NCBI GenBank assembly: GCA_011682385.1
Contig: JAACET010000001.1
Coordinates: forward strand, 1 to 49,362
Direction of reading: 5' to 3'
From: Actinomycetota bacterium
GTDB taxonomy: Bacteria; Planctomycetota; Phycisphaerae; JAACET01
Length of the DNA: 49,362 nt
In this document: positions 37,209 through 46,969 of the stretch, one piece after another
Numbering within the stretch: position 1 is the first letter of the stretch
Layout: each line of letters opens with the position of its first letter
Notes under the pieces: model-generated
The model's database searches: none
Seen by the model: only the letters and a program-made list of their open reading frames with translations
What the model was told of the DNA's origin: nothing
Made by a program: the position numbers and the translations under genes

Positions 37209-37724
37209 TTGACAGAACGAGTCTTACAGTTATACGAAGCGATGTTCCTTGTGGAGCCCGGCATAGCCACTGACTGGGAGGCAGCCAAGGGTATGGTTCA
37301 GACGATAATGGATCGTGCCAAGGCTGAGTTGCTGGTATGTCGGTTGTGGGACGAGCGTCGTCTGTCTTATCCGATTAAGAAGCAGAGGCGAGCCGCCTAC
37401 ATTATCTGTTACTTTAGGGCCGACGGATCGACCATCGGCGGCATTGAGCGGGACACGCAGCTTTCCGAGCATCTGCTGCGGGTCCTGGTTCTTCGGGCCG
37501 GCCATATTACTGACGAAGAGCTCGAGAAGATCATAGCTGTTCCGGATCGTCGCCTCCAGCCTGCTGCTCCTGCTCCTGCTCCTCGTCAGGCGGTTCCAGC
37601 TGCCCCTGTGGAACAGCCTCTACCGAAAACGGTGGTTGACGAGACGGACTCATCGGACCCCGACCAGGACGACTCGGATAATTCGGATGGCAAAGACGTC
37701 GCCGACAAAAGCGACGACCAGTAG
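37209..37724 (+). CDS. rpsF: 30S ribosomal protein S6 with long Pro/acidic C-terminal tail
   Basis: YEAMFL, W.ERRL.YPI.K...A.Y; rpsF-ssb-rpsR-rplI synteny. TTG start with AAGGAG RBS. Confidence 0.9.
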   Translation: MTERVLQLYEAMFLVEPGIATDWEAAKGMVQTIMDRAKAELLVCRLWDERRLSYPIKKQRRAAYIICYFRADGSTIGGIERDTQLSEHLLRVLVLRAGHITDEELEKIIAVPDRRLQPAAPAPAPRQAVPAAPVEQPLPKTVVDETDSSDPDQDDSDNSDGKDVADKSDDQ

Positions 37725-37775
37725 AACGTCGGACTGTTAATGTCCCCGATAGCGACTTTGCCCAGGGAGACTATT

Positions 37776-38228
37776 ATGGCTAATTTGAACAAAGTGCTAC
37801 TGATTGGCAATCTAACCAGAGACCCTCAGCTCACCTATTTGCCTTCTCAGACTCCTGTGACTGAGTTTGGTTTGGCCATTAATCGGCGGTGGACTTCACA
37901 GGACGGAACTAAGCGGGATGAGACTTGTTTTGTGGATTGTCGTTGTTACGGCCGTCAGGCTGAGACTCTCAACAAATATGTTCGCAAGGGCAACCCCTTG
38001 TTTGTTGAAGGTCGTTTGCAGTTGGATACTTGGACCTCCCAGGAGGGCCAGCGTCGTTCTAAGCATCGTGTAATCGTGGAGACGTTTCAGTTTTTGGGCG
38101 CGCCCAACCGTCCCGCTCAGGGTGCCCCGGCCGATGCCGTCCCTGCCGGCTCAGCCGAGTCTGAGCAGCGTGAATCGCTGCAGGATGTCCCCCCCGGAAG
38201 CGCTCCGGACGATGACATCCCGTTCTAG
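37776..38228 (+). CDS. ssb: Single-stranded DNA-binding protein
   Basis: NKV.LIGNLTRDP, VEGRL, C-terminal DDDIPF. Confidence 0.96.
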   Translation: MANLNKVLLIGNLTRDPQLTYLPSQTPVTEFGLAINRRWTSQDGTKRDETCFVDCRCYGRQAETLNKYVRKGNPLFVEGRLQLDTWTSQEGQRRSKHRVIVETFQFLGAPNRPAQGAPADAVPAGSAESEQRESLQDVPPGSAPDDDIPF

Positions 38229-38308
38229 ATTGCTTGGTGAGTTGTTTCTGAACCGTAGCGGATATGATTGTGATCAATTTTGCAAGAGTTATGAGGTTTT
38301 AAATTACA

Positions 38309-38566
38309 ATGGCTTTTCAGACTAGAAGAAAACATAATGTTCCGCGTAAGCGTAAAAAGATTGTGAGGGAAAACCGCTGCCGGTTTTGCCGTGATAAAGT
38401 AGCCCTGATCGACTATAAGGATTTGTCTGTGCTGACTAAGTTGGTGACTACTAGGGGCAAGTTGTTTTCTCGCAAGCGCTCCGGCAATTGCCAGAAGCAT
38501 CAGAGTCAGTCCATCATCGCCCTGAAGCGGGCTCGCTTTTTGGCCTTGATGGCTTTTGCCGAGTAG
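38309..38566 (+). CDS. rpsR: 30S ribosomal protein S18 (zinc-binding C+ type)
   Basis: CRFC, IDYKD, GK...R..SGNC.KHQ, KRARFLAL. Confidence 0.93.
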   Translation: MAFQTRRKHNVPRKRKKIVRENRCRFCRDKVALIDYKDLSVLTKLVTTRGKLFSRKRSGNCQKHQSQSIIALKRARFLALMAFAE

Positions 38567-38632
38567 ACCGGGCACATCTTCGGCCGCCTTGGAGTGTTGG
38601 CCGTGGTGGGAGTTCGTTTCTGGAGTATTACC

Positions 38633-39163
38633 ATGAAGTTGTTGCTTCAAAGAAGCGTTGAGAAGTTGGGTAGAGCGGGAGATCTCGTCGAGGTTAGTTC
38701 CGGCTATGCCAGGAATTATTTATTGCCTTGTGGTTTGGCTTTGGAGCCGACAGTTGCCAATCTTAAGCAGACTGAGCAGCTTCGGGCTATTGCCAGACAG
38801 GAGGAGCTCGAGCAGCTCCAGGCCTTTCAGGCCCAGGCCCAGGCTGTAGATGGATTGGAGGTTACCATTCCGGCCCGAGCCAACGAGCAGGGTCATTTAT
38901 TCGGCAGTATCGGCCCGTCCGATGTGGCCCAGGCCTTATCCCAGATGGGTGTTGATAATGTACCTGCTAAGTCCATCATTATTGACCCGCACATCAAGCA
39001 GCTTGACAAGTACACCGTTGAGATTAGACTCAGCGAAGAAGCGATTGCTCACATCGAGTTGTGGGTTGTTCCGGAGAAAGCCCCGGACGATTCCGACCAG
39101 CCGCAGGATGTCTCGACTGATACTCAGGAGCTGTCCGATGCCGACGAGCAGGCGGACTGGTGA
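38633..39163 (+). CDS. rplI: 50S ribosomal protein L9
   Basis: V.KLG..GD.VEV..GYARNYLLP.GLA, G.LFGSI. Confidence 0.94.
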   Translation: MKLLLQRSVEKLGRAGDLVEVSSGYARNYLLPCGLALEPTVANLKQTEQLRAIARQEELEQLQAFQAQAQAVDGLEVTIPARANEQGHLFGSIGPSDVAQALSQMGVDNVPAKSIIIDPHIKQLDKYTVEIRLSEEAIAHIELWVVPEKAPDDSDQPQDVSTDTQELSDADEQADW

Positions 39164-39199
39164 GTTCGGCTGCACCGCCAGCCCAGGAGAAAGCTTTGT

Positions 39200-40609
39200 A
39201 TGGCCGCCTCCAGTAGTAAAAACATCGCGACGGCTACTGCGGAACGTCTTCTGCCGCAATCCCTTGACGCCGAGAGAAGTGCTCTGGGATCTATGATCTT
39301 GGATCGCGACGAGATTGGCGAGGTCGTCCAGATCATTGGTCGCGATGCTTTTTTTTCCGCTGACCATCAGACCATTTTCGATGTAATTGTCGATCTTTAC
39401 GACCAGGACCAGCCTCTGGATTTGGTTTTATTGAGGGAGGAACTCACTCGCCGCGGCCAATTGGACCGGATTGGTGGTGTTTCTTACCTTGTGACTGTCG
39501 TTGAGTCCGTACCCGACAGTTCCAACGCAGTTTACTACGCCCGGATCGTACGCGACTTATCTTTACTGCGGATGCTCATATCTGCTTCTTCTCAGATTGT
39601 CTCACGGGCTTACCAGGGGCGGGAAGACCCCGAAGAGCTGCTGGAGGAGGCTGAGAAGCTTATTTTTGAGATAACCGGAATGAAGGTTTCCGGCCAAGCG
39701 GTTGTTTTGAAGGAACTGCTCCATCAGACTTTTAAACAGATAGAGCAATATGACGGCACTCGGGTCACGGGGTTGACCACGTCTTTTCCCAAGTTGGATG
39801 ACATGCTCGGTGGCTTGCAGAGGGGCGATATGATTATCTTGGCTGCCCGCCCATCCATGGGCAAATCCGCCTTGGCCTTGAATATTGCCGAGCACATTGC
39901 CGCCGACAATCATCTTCCGGTGGCCTTTTTCAGTGTGGAGATGTCTGCTCAACAGTTGACCCAGCGGATCCTTTGTTCATACGGCAAGATTGACAGTCAA
40001 AAGCTCCGTCGCGGCAGTTTGGATGCTCAAGAACACCGCGATCTCGCCCAGGCTGCTCAGGAGCTGGAGTCTGCCCCGCTTTTCATTGACGATTCACCCG
40101 GACTGAGTGTCTTGCAGCTCAGGGCCAAGGCTCGTCGGCTCAAACTTAAGCACGACATTCAGTGCATTGTTGTCGATTATCTTCAGTTGCTTTCTCCGTC
40201 TATTGGAACGGGCCGCCGCTCGGAGAACCGCCAGCAGGAGATTGCCGAGATGTCTCGAGGTCTCAAGGCTCTGGCTCGCGAGTTGGACATTCCCGTGATT
40301 GCTTTGTCTCAGCTCAACCGTTCTCCTGAGCAGCGTGAGGGAGGCAAGCCCCGAATGTCCGACCTCCGGGAGAGTGGTGCTATCGAGCAGGATGCCGATG
40401 TTGTCCTGTTGTTGCATCGTGAATGTGTCTATAACGATCAGGCTCCCAAGGAGCAGGCCGAGCTTGATGTTGCCAAGCAGCGTAATGGTCCTACCGGTGC
40501 GGTCCAGTTGACCTGGAATGCCGCTTGCACTCGTTTTGGTCAGGCTTACGAGGGTTTTGGCCCGACCGAGGCACCACCGGATAGCTATACGGAGGAGGCA
40601 CCATTTTGA
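39200..40609 (+). CDS. dnaB: Replicative DNA helicase
   Basis: PQS..AE..LG, AARPSMGKS Walker A, FS.EM, VDYLQL, LSQLNR, SDLRESGAIEQDAD, AKQRNGP.G. No intein. Confidence 0.97.
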   Translation: MAASSSKNIATATAERLLPQSLDAERSALGSMILDRDEIGEVVQIIGRDAFFSADHQTIFDVIVDLYDQDQPLDLVLLREELTRRGQLDRIGGVSYLVTVVESVPDSSNAVYYARIVRDLSLLRMLISASSQIVSRAYQGREDPEELLEEAEKLIFEITGMKVSGQAVVLKELLHQTFKQIEQYDGTRVTGLTTSFPKLDDMLGGLQRGDMIILAARPSMGKSALALNIAEHIAADNHLPVAFFSVEMSAQQLTQRILCSYGKIDSQKLRRGSLDAQEHRDLAQAAQELESAPLFIDDSPGLSVLQLRAKARRLKLKHDIQCIVVDYLQLLSPSIGTGRRSENRQQEIAEMSRGLKALARELDIPVIALSQLNRSPEQREGGKPRMSDLRESGAIEQDADVVLLLHRECVYNDQAPKEQAELDVAKQRNGPTGAVQLTWNAACTRFGQAYEGFGPTEAPPDSYTEEAPF

Positions 40610-42945
40610 ACTGCTTGCCACGTCCCTGCACCGGTTTTTATGTTTTCTTGCTGTGCGGTATTATTCTGCTCAGCTGTAATAGGGCCTGGGCCCAGCCTGC
40701 CGGAGCCCCTGACATTGAAGGCCGCATCATTACAGACATCCAGGTCCTGGGCAATCAGCGGGTCGGTTCTTCGACTATATTAGCCAAGGTCCGTTCCCGC
40801 CGTGGCCAGCCTTACCGCGCCGCAACTATTAATGAGGACATCAAGACTGTTCAGCGTCTTCGGGGCATCCGGACTGTTTACGTATCGACCAAGACCGGCC
40901 CCGACCAGCTCCTGGTCATTTTTCAGGTGGTCGAAGAACCCGTCGTCGTTTTGGTAGAGTTGCGGGGCAACCGCCATTTTTCCGATGAAGATTTGCGTAA
41001 GCTACTCCGCGTATATGAGGGCGACTTTGCCGACGGTTTTTTGTTGGCCCGCGGACGCGAGGACATAGCCGCTCATTATCGCCAGGTGGGTTTTCACCGT
41101 GTACAGGTAACTGCCGAGACCGACTTGCTAGCCGGGCAGGGCCTGGTTGTCTATCAGATCACGGAAGGCCCTCGGACTCGGGTGCGTAAGGTTATTTTTG
41201 AAGGAAACCGGCAGGTTTCTTCCCGGAAGTTGCGTTCCAAGATTCGCACCAAGCCGTATTCTTTCATTTTTTCCGCCGGTGTTTTTGATGAGCAACTAAT
41301 TAAGGATGATGTCACCGAGTTGCGTTTATATTTGCGGGAGAAGGGCTATTTGGATGCCCAGGTTGCCAGATGGTACGACTTTTCACCCGACCAGAAGTGG
41401 GCCACGGTTGTATTTAACATCAGCGAAGGCCCGCTTTACAAGATTCGCCAGGTGCGTTTTGAGGGCCTCGACAAGTTCAGCAGCCAAGAGTTACTTGAGC
41501 TATTGAAAGTTGGCCCCGGCGATGTTCCCGTTTCGTCAGCCGTTAATACGACTAATCCTCAGCGAATTGTCCAGGCCTATGGCCGACAGGGTTACATTGA
41601 TGCTCAGATCAATGTACGTCGCGTTTATGTCCAGGATCAGCCCGGCCTGGTTGACTTCGTATATGATATCGTTGAAGGCCGGCAGGTTCGCGTCGGCCGT
41701 ATAGACATCTACGGCAACAAGATTACTCAGGACCGTGTTATTCGTCGGCAGTTGCTTTTGTCTCCTACGGATATCTACGATACTTCCAGGATGCAGCGTA
41801 GCCGGCAGCGATTACTGGAGTCCACGCTGTTTTCCCAGGTGGATATTTCTAACGCCCCGGGTTCCGACCCTGTCCGCGATGTGAAGATAGACCTGGCTGA
41901 AAGGGACACGGCCTTTTTGATGATGGGCGTGGGCGTAACCTCGGATGCCGGCGTGATCGGCGATTTCAGTTTTGTCCAGCGCAACTTCGATCTCTTTGAT
42001 TTTCCTACTTTCCACGGTGCCGGCCAGTACTTGCGTTTGCAGGCCCAGCCGGGAACGGAATTGATGCGTTTCGCCATCGATTTTAAGGAGCCGTACGTTG
42101 CCGATTTACCCATTAGTTTTGGCCAGAGTATTTATTTGCGGGGCCGATTTCGCGAGGACTATGATGAGGACCGCTTAGGAGCCTTGTGGAGTCTGGGCCT
42201 GCGTTTTGAGGACGGCTGGGAGATTGAGGGCGCCGTCAGGCTAGAAAAGGTCACCATAGATTTCACCGACGATGAGACCGCCCAGAAAATCAAAGAAGCC
42301 CAAGGCTCTCATAACTTAACTTCCGTCCAGGGAACCATCATAAGGGACAAGACCGATAGCGTCTTTTTGCCCAGCCGGGGAGATATATTTGAGATATCGT
42401 ATGAGCAGACAGGTGTTTTTGGCGGCGAGTATGATTTCGGTCGCTTGGAGGCCAGATACGCTTGTTACTTCACTCTACACACCGACGCCCTGGATCGCAA
42501 AGGCGTTCTGGCTTTGCGTGTCAGAGGCGGAAGTATTATTGGTGATGCCCCGTTCTTTGAGCGTTACTATGCCGGCGGACTGGGCAGTATTCGTGGCTTC
42601 GATTTCCGCGGCGTAAGCCCCCGGGACTTTGGGACCGTTGCCCCGCCCAATCCGCCCTGGACCACGAACTCTGAGCGCGTAGCCGTGGGCGGTGACTGGT
42701 TAATCTTAGCCGGTGCTGAATACTCGTTTCCTTTAGTAGGCGAACATCTTAGGGGTGCGGCATTTGTTGATAGTGGTACGGTCGAGGAAGGTCCTTACCG
42801 TGTTTCTGTCGGCTTGGGGTTGCGTATGATGATCCCCAACTTTGCTCCTCTGCCGCTTTCAGCCGACTTCGCCTGGCCCATAAGTCAGGATATTGATGAT
42901 GACACCCGTGTCTTTAGCTTCAGTTTAGCCATGCCTTTTAGGTAA
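40606..42945 (+). CDS. bamA: Outer membrane protein assembly factor BamA
   Basis: Signal peptide, repeated POTRA motifs (GN, Y...G[FY]..A.V, EG), beta-barrel with SIRGF loop motif, aromatic C-terminus; bamA-skp-lpxD synteny. Confidence 0.9.
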   Translation: MNCLPRPCTGFYVFLLCGIILLSCNRAWAQPAGAPDIEGRIITDIQVLGNQRVGSSTILAKVRSRRGQPYRAATINEDIKTVQRLRGIRTVYVSTKTGPDQLLVIFQVVEEPVVVLVELRGNRHFSDEDLRKLLRVYEGDFADGFLLARGREDIAAHYRQVGFHRVQVTAETDLLAGQGLVVYQITEGPRTRVRKVIFEGNRQVSSRKLRSKIRTKPYSFIFSAGVFDEQLIKDDVTELRLYLREKGYLDAQVARWYDFSPDQKWATVVFNISEGPLYKIRQVRFEGLDKFSSQELLELLKVGPGDVPVSSAVNTTNPQRIVQAYGRQGYIDAQINVRRVYVQDQPGLVDFVYDIVEGRQVRVGRIDIYGNKITQDRVIRRQLLLSPTDIYDTSRMQRSRQRLLESTLFSQVDISNAPGSDPVRDVKIDLAERDTAFLMMGVGVTSDAGVIGDFSFVQRNFDLFDFPTFHGAGQYLRLQAQPGTELMRFAIDFKEPYVADLPISFGQSIYLRGRFREDYDEDRLGALWSLGLRFEDGWEIEGAVRLEKVTIDFTDDETAQKIKEAQGSHNLTSVQGTIIRDKTDSVFLPSRGDIFEISYEQTGVFGGEYDFGRLEARYACYFTLHTDALDRKGVLALRVRGGSIIGDAPFFERYYAGGLGSIRGFDFRGVSPRDFGTVAPPNPPWTTNSERVAVGGDWLILAGAEYSFPLVGEHLRGAAFVDSGTVEEGPYRVSVGLGLRMMIPNFAPLPLSADFAWPISQDIDDDTRVFSFSLAMPFR

Positions 42946-43013
42946 GACCTCAATTCAAGTGGAGCGTTTTTTTTGTTTCAGCCGAGCATTACCGCTTTAA
43001 GGAAGGAGTACTT

Positions 43014-43637
43014 ATGATCAACAGAACCAGAATGAGCTTTATTATTCTCCTGGTTGCCACAGCGTGTGGTTTGTGGTTTTACGCCGGTCGGCCGGCCACA
43101 GCTCAAACCTTTGGCTCGCCTACGATTGTATCTTTGGCTGTTTGCGACACCCACCAGGTCTTTCGGCAGTACCTGAAGACCAAAGAGTTGCGTCAGGCGC
43201 TTCAATCGCAGAGCGAGCAGCTCAGGAAGGACCTGGAGTCCAGAGACAAGCAGCTCCGCGCTAAGAGCGAGGAGTTGGCCGCTAGTTCTTTTGCTCCGGG
43301 TTCGCAGGAGTATGAGCAAATGCGGAACGCTCTGGTCAAGTTGAGTATTGAGGCCAAGAGTCTGCGCGAGATTTCCGAAGCTGAGCTTCGTCGTCAGGAC
43401 ATGCGCATTACTCAGAGCGGCTATGAAGACATTTACGCAGCCGTGGCCGAAGTGGCCAAGAAGAAGCAGCTTACTATCGTTCTTTCGCAGGAGCAGTTTT
43501 CCCTGGTTTCTGCCAGACCTGAGGAGTTGTACGGCAAACTATATTATCGCCGTCCGGTTCTGTACTCCGAGAAGTCGCTGGACATCACTGCCGAGGTAAT
43601 AGATCTGCTTAATACCAAGTACAAGCTGGGCCGATGA
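43014..43637 (+). CDS. skp: OmpH/Skp family periplasmic chaperone
   Basis: Signal peptide, AV.D...VF, long coiled coil, DIT.EVI..LN; lies between bamA and lpxD. Confidence 0.82.
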   Translation: MINRTRMSFIILLVATACGLWFYAGRPATAQTFGSPTIVSLAVCDTHQVFRQYLKTKELRQALQSQSEQLRKDLESRDKQLRAKSEELAASSFAPGSQEYEQMRNALVKLSIEAKSLREISEAELRRQDMRITQSGYEDIYAAVAEVAKKKQLTIVLSQEQFSLVSARPEELYGKLYYRRPVLYSEKSLDITAEVIDLLNTKYKLGR

Positions 43638-43690
43638 GTATCTGGTTGACGTGCGTTCTGTAGTTATCGAGTGGTTCGGGGAGTTGTAGT

Positions 43691-44734
43691 ATGACAGCCA
43701 AGAAGATCAGCTTGGCCGAGATATCCACGCATATTGCCGGACGCTTGGAGGGCTCCCCGGAGATTCGGATCACTGGCCTGGCCGAGTTGCATTTGGCTCA
43801 GCAAGGAGATCTTTCCTTTCTGATAAGTGACGCCGATTTGTCCGCCGCCGAACAGACCAAGGCCTCAGCGGTTCTTTTGCCAGCTTCGCTGCCGCCGGTC
43901 TCGCTGCCTATGATTCGGGTCAAGGATGTCTCGGAGGCTATAAATACAGCCCTGGAGCTTTTTGCTCAGCCCCGACAGGATCCTGTTGGCATTCATCCCC
44001 AGGCTCTGGTTGCTTCTGATGCTGTCCTGGCTCACGACGTATCCGTTGGGCCCTATTCCGTAGTGGAATCCGGCAGCAGTATTGGCGCCGGTTCGATTCT
44101 CCAGGCCCGCTGTTCTGTCGGTCGCGGCTGTGTCATAGGCGAGCACTGTCATCTGCGTCAGGGCGTTGTCGTCGCTGACGGCTGTCGGATTGGCTGCGGG
44201 GTGATGCTCGGCGAGAATGTTGTAATTGGTTCTGAGGGATTTGGCTACCGCACCCGTGACGGCTGCCACCGTCAGGTGCCCCATTTGGGGGCCGTGCGTA
44301 TCGGCGACGACGTCGAGATTGGTGCCGGCAGTTGCGTAGCTCGGGCCAAGTTTGGTTTTACTGTTATTGGTGACGACACAAAGATTGATAGTCTTGTTTA
44401 TATCGCTCATAATGTACGGGTGGGCGAGCACTGCCTTATTGCTGCCCAGGCTGGGATCGCCGGGTCGGCCAGGTTGGGACAGCGAGTTGTTTTTGGTGGC
44501 CAGGTGGGCGTTCGAGATCATGTAGCTGTGGGCGATGGTGTAACTGCCGGAGCCAGAACAGCCATTCATCACGATGTCCCCGCTGGATCGATAGTCCTGG
44601 GAGTGCCCGCTTTGGAGCGTCGGCAGGCCTTACGTGAGCAAGCTGCTCTGCGTAGGTTGCCTGAGTTGGTTTCCAAGGTAAAGAAGCTTCAGCAGAGGTT
44701 GGATGAACTTGAGTCAGCAGCAGACCATAGCTAA
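43691..44734 (+). CDS. lpxD: UDP-3-O-acylglucosamine N-acyltransferase
   Basis: IHP.A.V, hexapeptide repeats, IGSEGFGY, G.V.IGDDVEIGA, TKID.LV.IAHN, AQ.GIAGS. Confidence 0.93.
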   Translation: MTAKKISLAEISTHIAGRLEGSPEIRITGLAELHLAQQGDLSFLISDADLSAAEQTKASAVLLPASLPPVSLPMIRVKDVSEAINTALELFAQPRQDPVGIHPQALVASDAVLAHDVSVGPYSVVESGSSIGAGSILQARCSVGRGCVIGEHCHLRQGVVVADGCRIGCGVMLGENVVIGSEGFGYRTRDGCHRQVPHLGAVRIGDDVEIGAGSCVARAKFGFTVIGDDTKIDSLVYIAHNVRVGEHCLIAAQAGIAGSARLGQRVVFGGQVGVRDHVAVGDGVTAGARTAIHHDVPAGSIVLGVPALERRQALREQAALRRLPELVSKVKKLQQRLDELESAADHS

Positions 44735-46022
44735 CGAGGTCGAACTCACCGGGCGCGGCCTATTCCAAGGGATCGAGGCCACGGTGCGTTTTAAGCCCGC
44801 TCAGCCGGACACGGGTATTGTTTTTGTTCGCCCGGACCCTGAGCGTGTACTGCAGGTAGCGGCTTTGGTGGATAATGTATCTCCGCGTCCGCGTCGTACT
44901 GCTTTGCAGAACGGTTCTTTTAGTGTTGACTTGGTTGAGCATTGTCTGTCCGCCGCCTGTGGTTTGGGCATTGATAATTTAATTGTGCAGACTGACGCCG
45001 ACGAGCTGCCCGGCCTGGACGGATCGTCTGAGCCTTATGCCAAGGCCTTGCTTTCCGGTGGAATAGTCCAGCAGGACGTAGATCGCAGGACTTTTGTCCT
45101 TGGTGAGCCCGTGTTTGTCAGAGACGGTCCAGCCAGTATTGCCGCTCTTCCTTCCGACCAGCCCGGCCTGACCATATTGTTTGAGCTCGACTATCCGGAT
45201 ACTCCCGGACTTACTCCTCAGGTTTTCAGTTTTACCTCTGATCCTGCCGGTTATATGCGGGATCTGTCCAGAGCCAGAACTTTCCTCTTGGAATCGGAGG
45301 CTCAGCAGTGTCAGCAGCAGGGCATTGGCAAGCATTTGACCCCGGCCGATATTCTGGTGATTGGAGATAACGGCAAACCCCTCAAGAACAGATTTCGCTA
45401 TCCCGACGAGTTGGTTCGGCACAAGATCGCCGACCTGCTGGGTGACTTAGCCCTATTGGGTCGGCCTTTGCAGGCTCGCATTGTGGCCCGCAGGGCCGGC
45501 CATGCTTTGGCTCACAAATTGGTCCGCAAGTTGAAGCAGGCTGCGGTTCTTAAGAGCAGGGCCGACAAATCCTTAGCTGCGCCCGTTATGGACGTGCAGC
45601 AGTTGTTGCGTCTTTTGCCACACCGCTATCCTTTTTTGCTGGTGGATCGTGTGATTGAGGTTGACGGCGATCGTTTGGCTGTGGGTGTCAAGAATGTTAC
45701 CTTTAACGAACAGTTTTTCCAGGGCCATTTCCCTGGAACACCGATCATGCCTGGCGTATTGATAGTCGAGGCCATGGCCCAGTTATCCGGGGTGCTTTTC
45801 AGTCAGAAGCTCGAGCACACCGGTCAGTTGGCCGTCTTGCTTGGTATGGACAAGGTGAAGATTCGCCGTCCCGTTGTTCCGGGCGATCAGTTGATCCTTG
45901 AGGCCCGCACGGTCAGGATACGTTCCAGAACGGGCCACTGTCGTTGCCGGGCCCTGGTGGGCGATAAGCTTGTCGCCGAAGCCGATATTAAGTTTATGTT
46001 GGTTGATGCTGATCCTATTTAG
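44703..46022 (+). CDS. lpxC: Fused LpxC deacetylase / FabZ dehydratase
   Basis: Q.TI, VEH.LSA, P.LDGS, ARTF, DE.VRHK..DL.GD (LpxC), followed by [13 protein letters not shown] and [19 protein letters not shown] (FabZ). Confidence 0.93.
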   Translation: MNLSQQQTIANEVELTGRGLFQGIEATVRFKPAQPDTGIVFVRPDPERVLQVAALVDNVSPRPRRTALQNGSFSVDLVEHCLSAACGLGIDNLIVQTDADELPGLDGSSEPYAKALLSGGIVQQDVDRRTFVLGEPVFVRDGPASIAALPSDQPGLTILFELDYPDTPGLTPQVFSFTSDPAGYMRDLSRARTFLLESEAQQCQQQGIGKHLTPADILVIGDNGKPLKNRFRYPDELVRHKIADLLGDLALLGRPLQARIVARRAGHALAHKLVRKLKQAAVLKSRADKSLAAPVMDVQQLLRLLPHRYPFLLVDRVIEVDGDRLAVGVKNVTFNEQFFQGHFPGTPIMPGVLIVEAMAQLSGVLFSQKLEHTGQLAVLLGMDKVKIRRPVVPGDQLILEARTVRIRSRTGHCRCRALVGDKLVAEADIKFMLVDADPI

Positions 46023-46051
46023 TGGCCATAGTACTGGGGAAGCTGCAGAAA

Positions 46052-46969
46052 ATGCCGAAAATCCATCCTCTTGCTTGTGTTGATCCCGCTGCCGAGATAG
46101 CCGACGATGCGTCGATTGGTCCGTTTTGTGTCATTGGACCGCAGGTCAAAATCGGCCCCGGATGTATTTTGCACAATAGTGTAACCATGGTGAATGATGT
46201 TGTCATTGGTGCGAACAACGAGTTCTTCGCCAATGTTGTGATTGGCACTCCCCCGCAGGACCTCAGTTATGATGGTAAGTCTGTGACCAAGGTCCGCATG
46301 GGCGATGCCAACGTTTTCCGGGCCGGCTCTACCGTCAACGGCGGTTCGGACAAGTTTCGCAACGAGACCCGTGTCGGCAGCAATGGAATGTTCATGATTA
46401 ACTCTCACATTGGCCACGACAGTTATATTGGTGATGACTGCCTGATAGTCAATGGTTCCAATTTGGGCGGCCACAATCACCTGGAGTCCAACGCTCGGCT
46501 CAGTGGTGTGCTTGGCTCTCACCCCTTTGTCACTTTTGGCCGTTACTGTTATATCGGTGGCGTTTCAGCTATAACCCGGGATGTTCCGCCTTTTACTGTT
46601 GTGGCCGGGGCCTATCCTTCAAAAATCCGCTGCATTAACGAAGTCGGCCTGCGCATGGCCGGTTTTAGTGAAGAGAGTATTACTGCTTTGAAGCGGGCTT
46701 TTCGCCGGCTCTTCCGTAGTGGCTTACCCAAGCGCCAACTTGTTGATGAGTTTGAGGACGAGGGCATCCACGACGAGAACGTTATCCACTTGGTCAAGTC
46801 TCTTCGCCGTAGTGCCTGTCACCAGCATAACAGGTTTTTGGAAGGCGTTTACCTTGGCCAGGTTGACCCCGAAGGTAAAATCTGGGATGGATGCCGACAC
46901 CCTTGGGCACGATCCTTGCTGGGCGCCCAGGCTGTCTTCAAGCAGAACTGCGAAGGAGCCCGCCCGTGA
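46052..46969 (+). CDS. lpxA: Acyl-ACP--UDP-GlcNAc acyltransferase with C-terminal extension
   Basis: IHP.A.V, IGPFCVIG, PQD, SHIGHD (catalytic His), DVPPF, N.VGL...GF. Confidence 0.9.
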   Translation: MPKIHPLACVDPAAEIADDASIGPFCVIGPQVKIGPGCILHNSVTMVNDVVIGANNEFFANVVIGTPPQDLSYDGKSVTKVRMGDANVFRAGSTVNGGSDKFRNETRVGSNGMFMINSHIGHDSYIGDDCLIVNGSNLGGHNHLESNARLSGVLGSHPFVTFGRYCYIGGVSAITRDVPPFTVVAGAYPSKIRCINEVGLRMAGFSEESITALKRAFRRLFRSGLPKRQLVDEFEDEGIHDENVIHLVKSLRRSACHQHNRFLEGVYLGQVDPEGKIWDGCRHPWARSLLGAQAVFKQNCEGARP

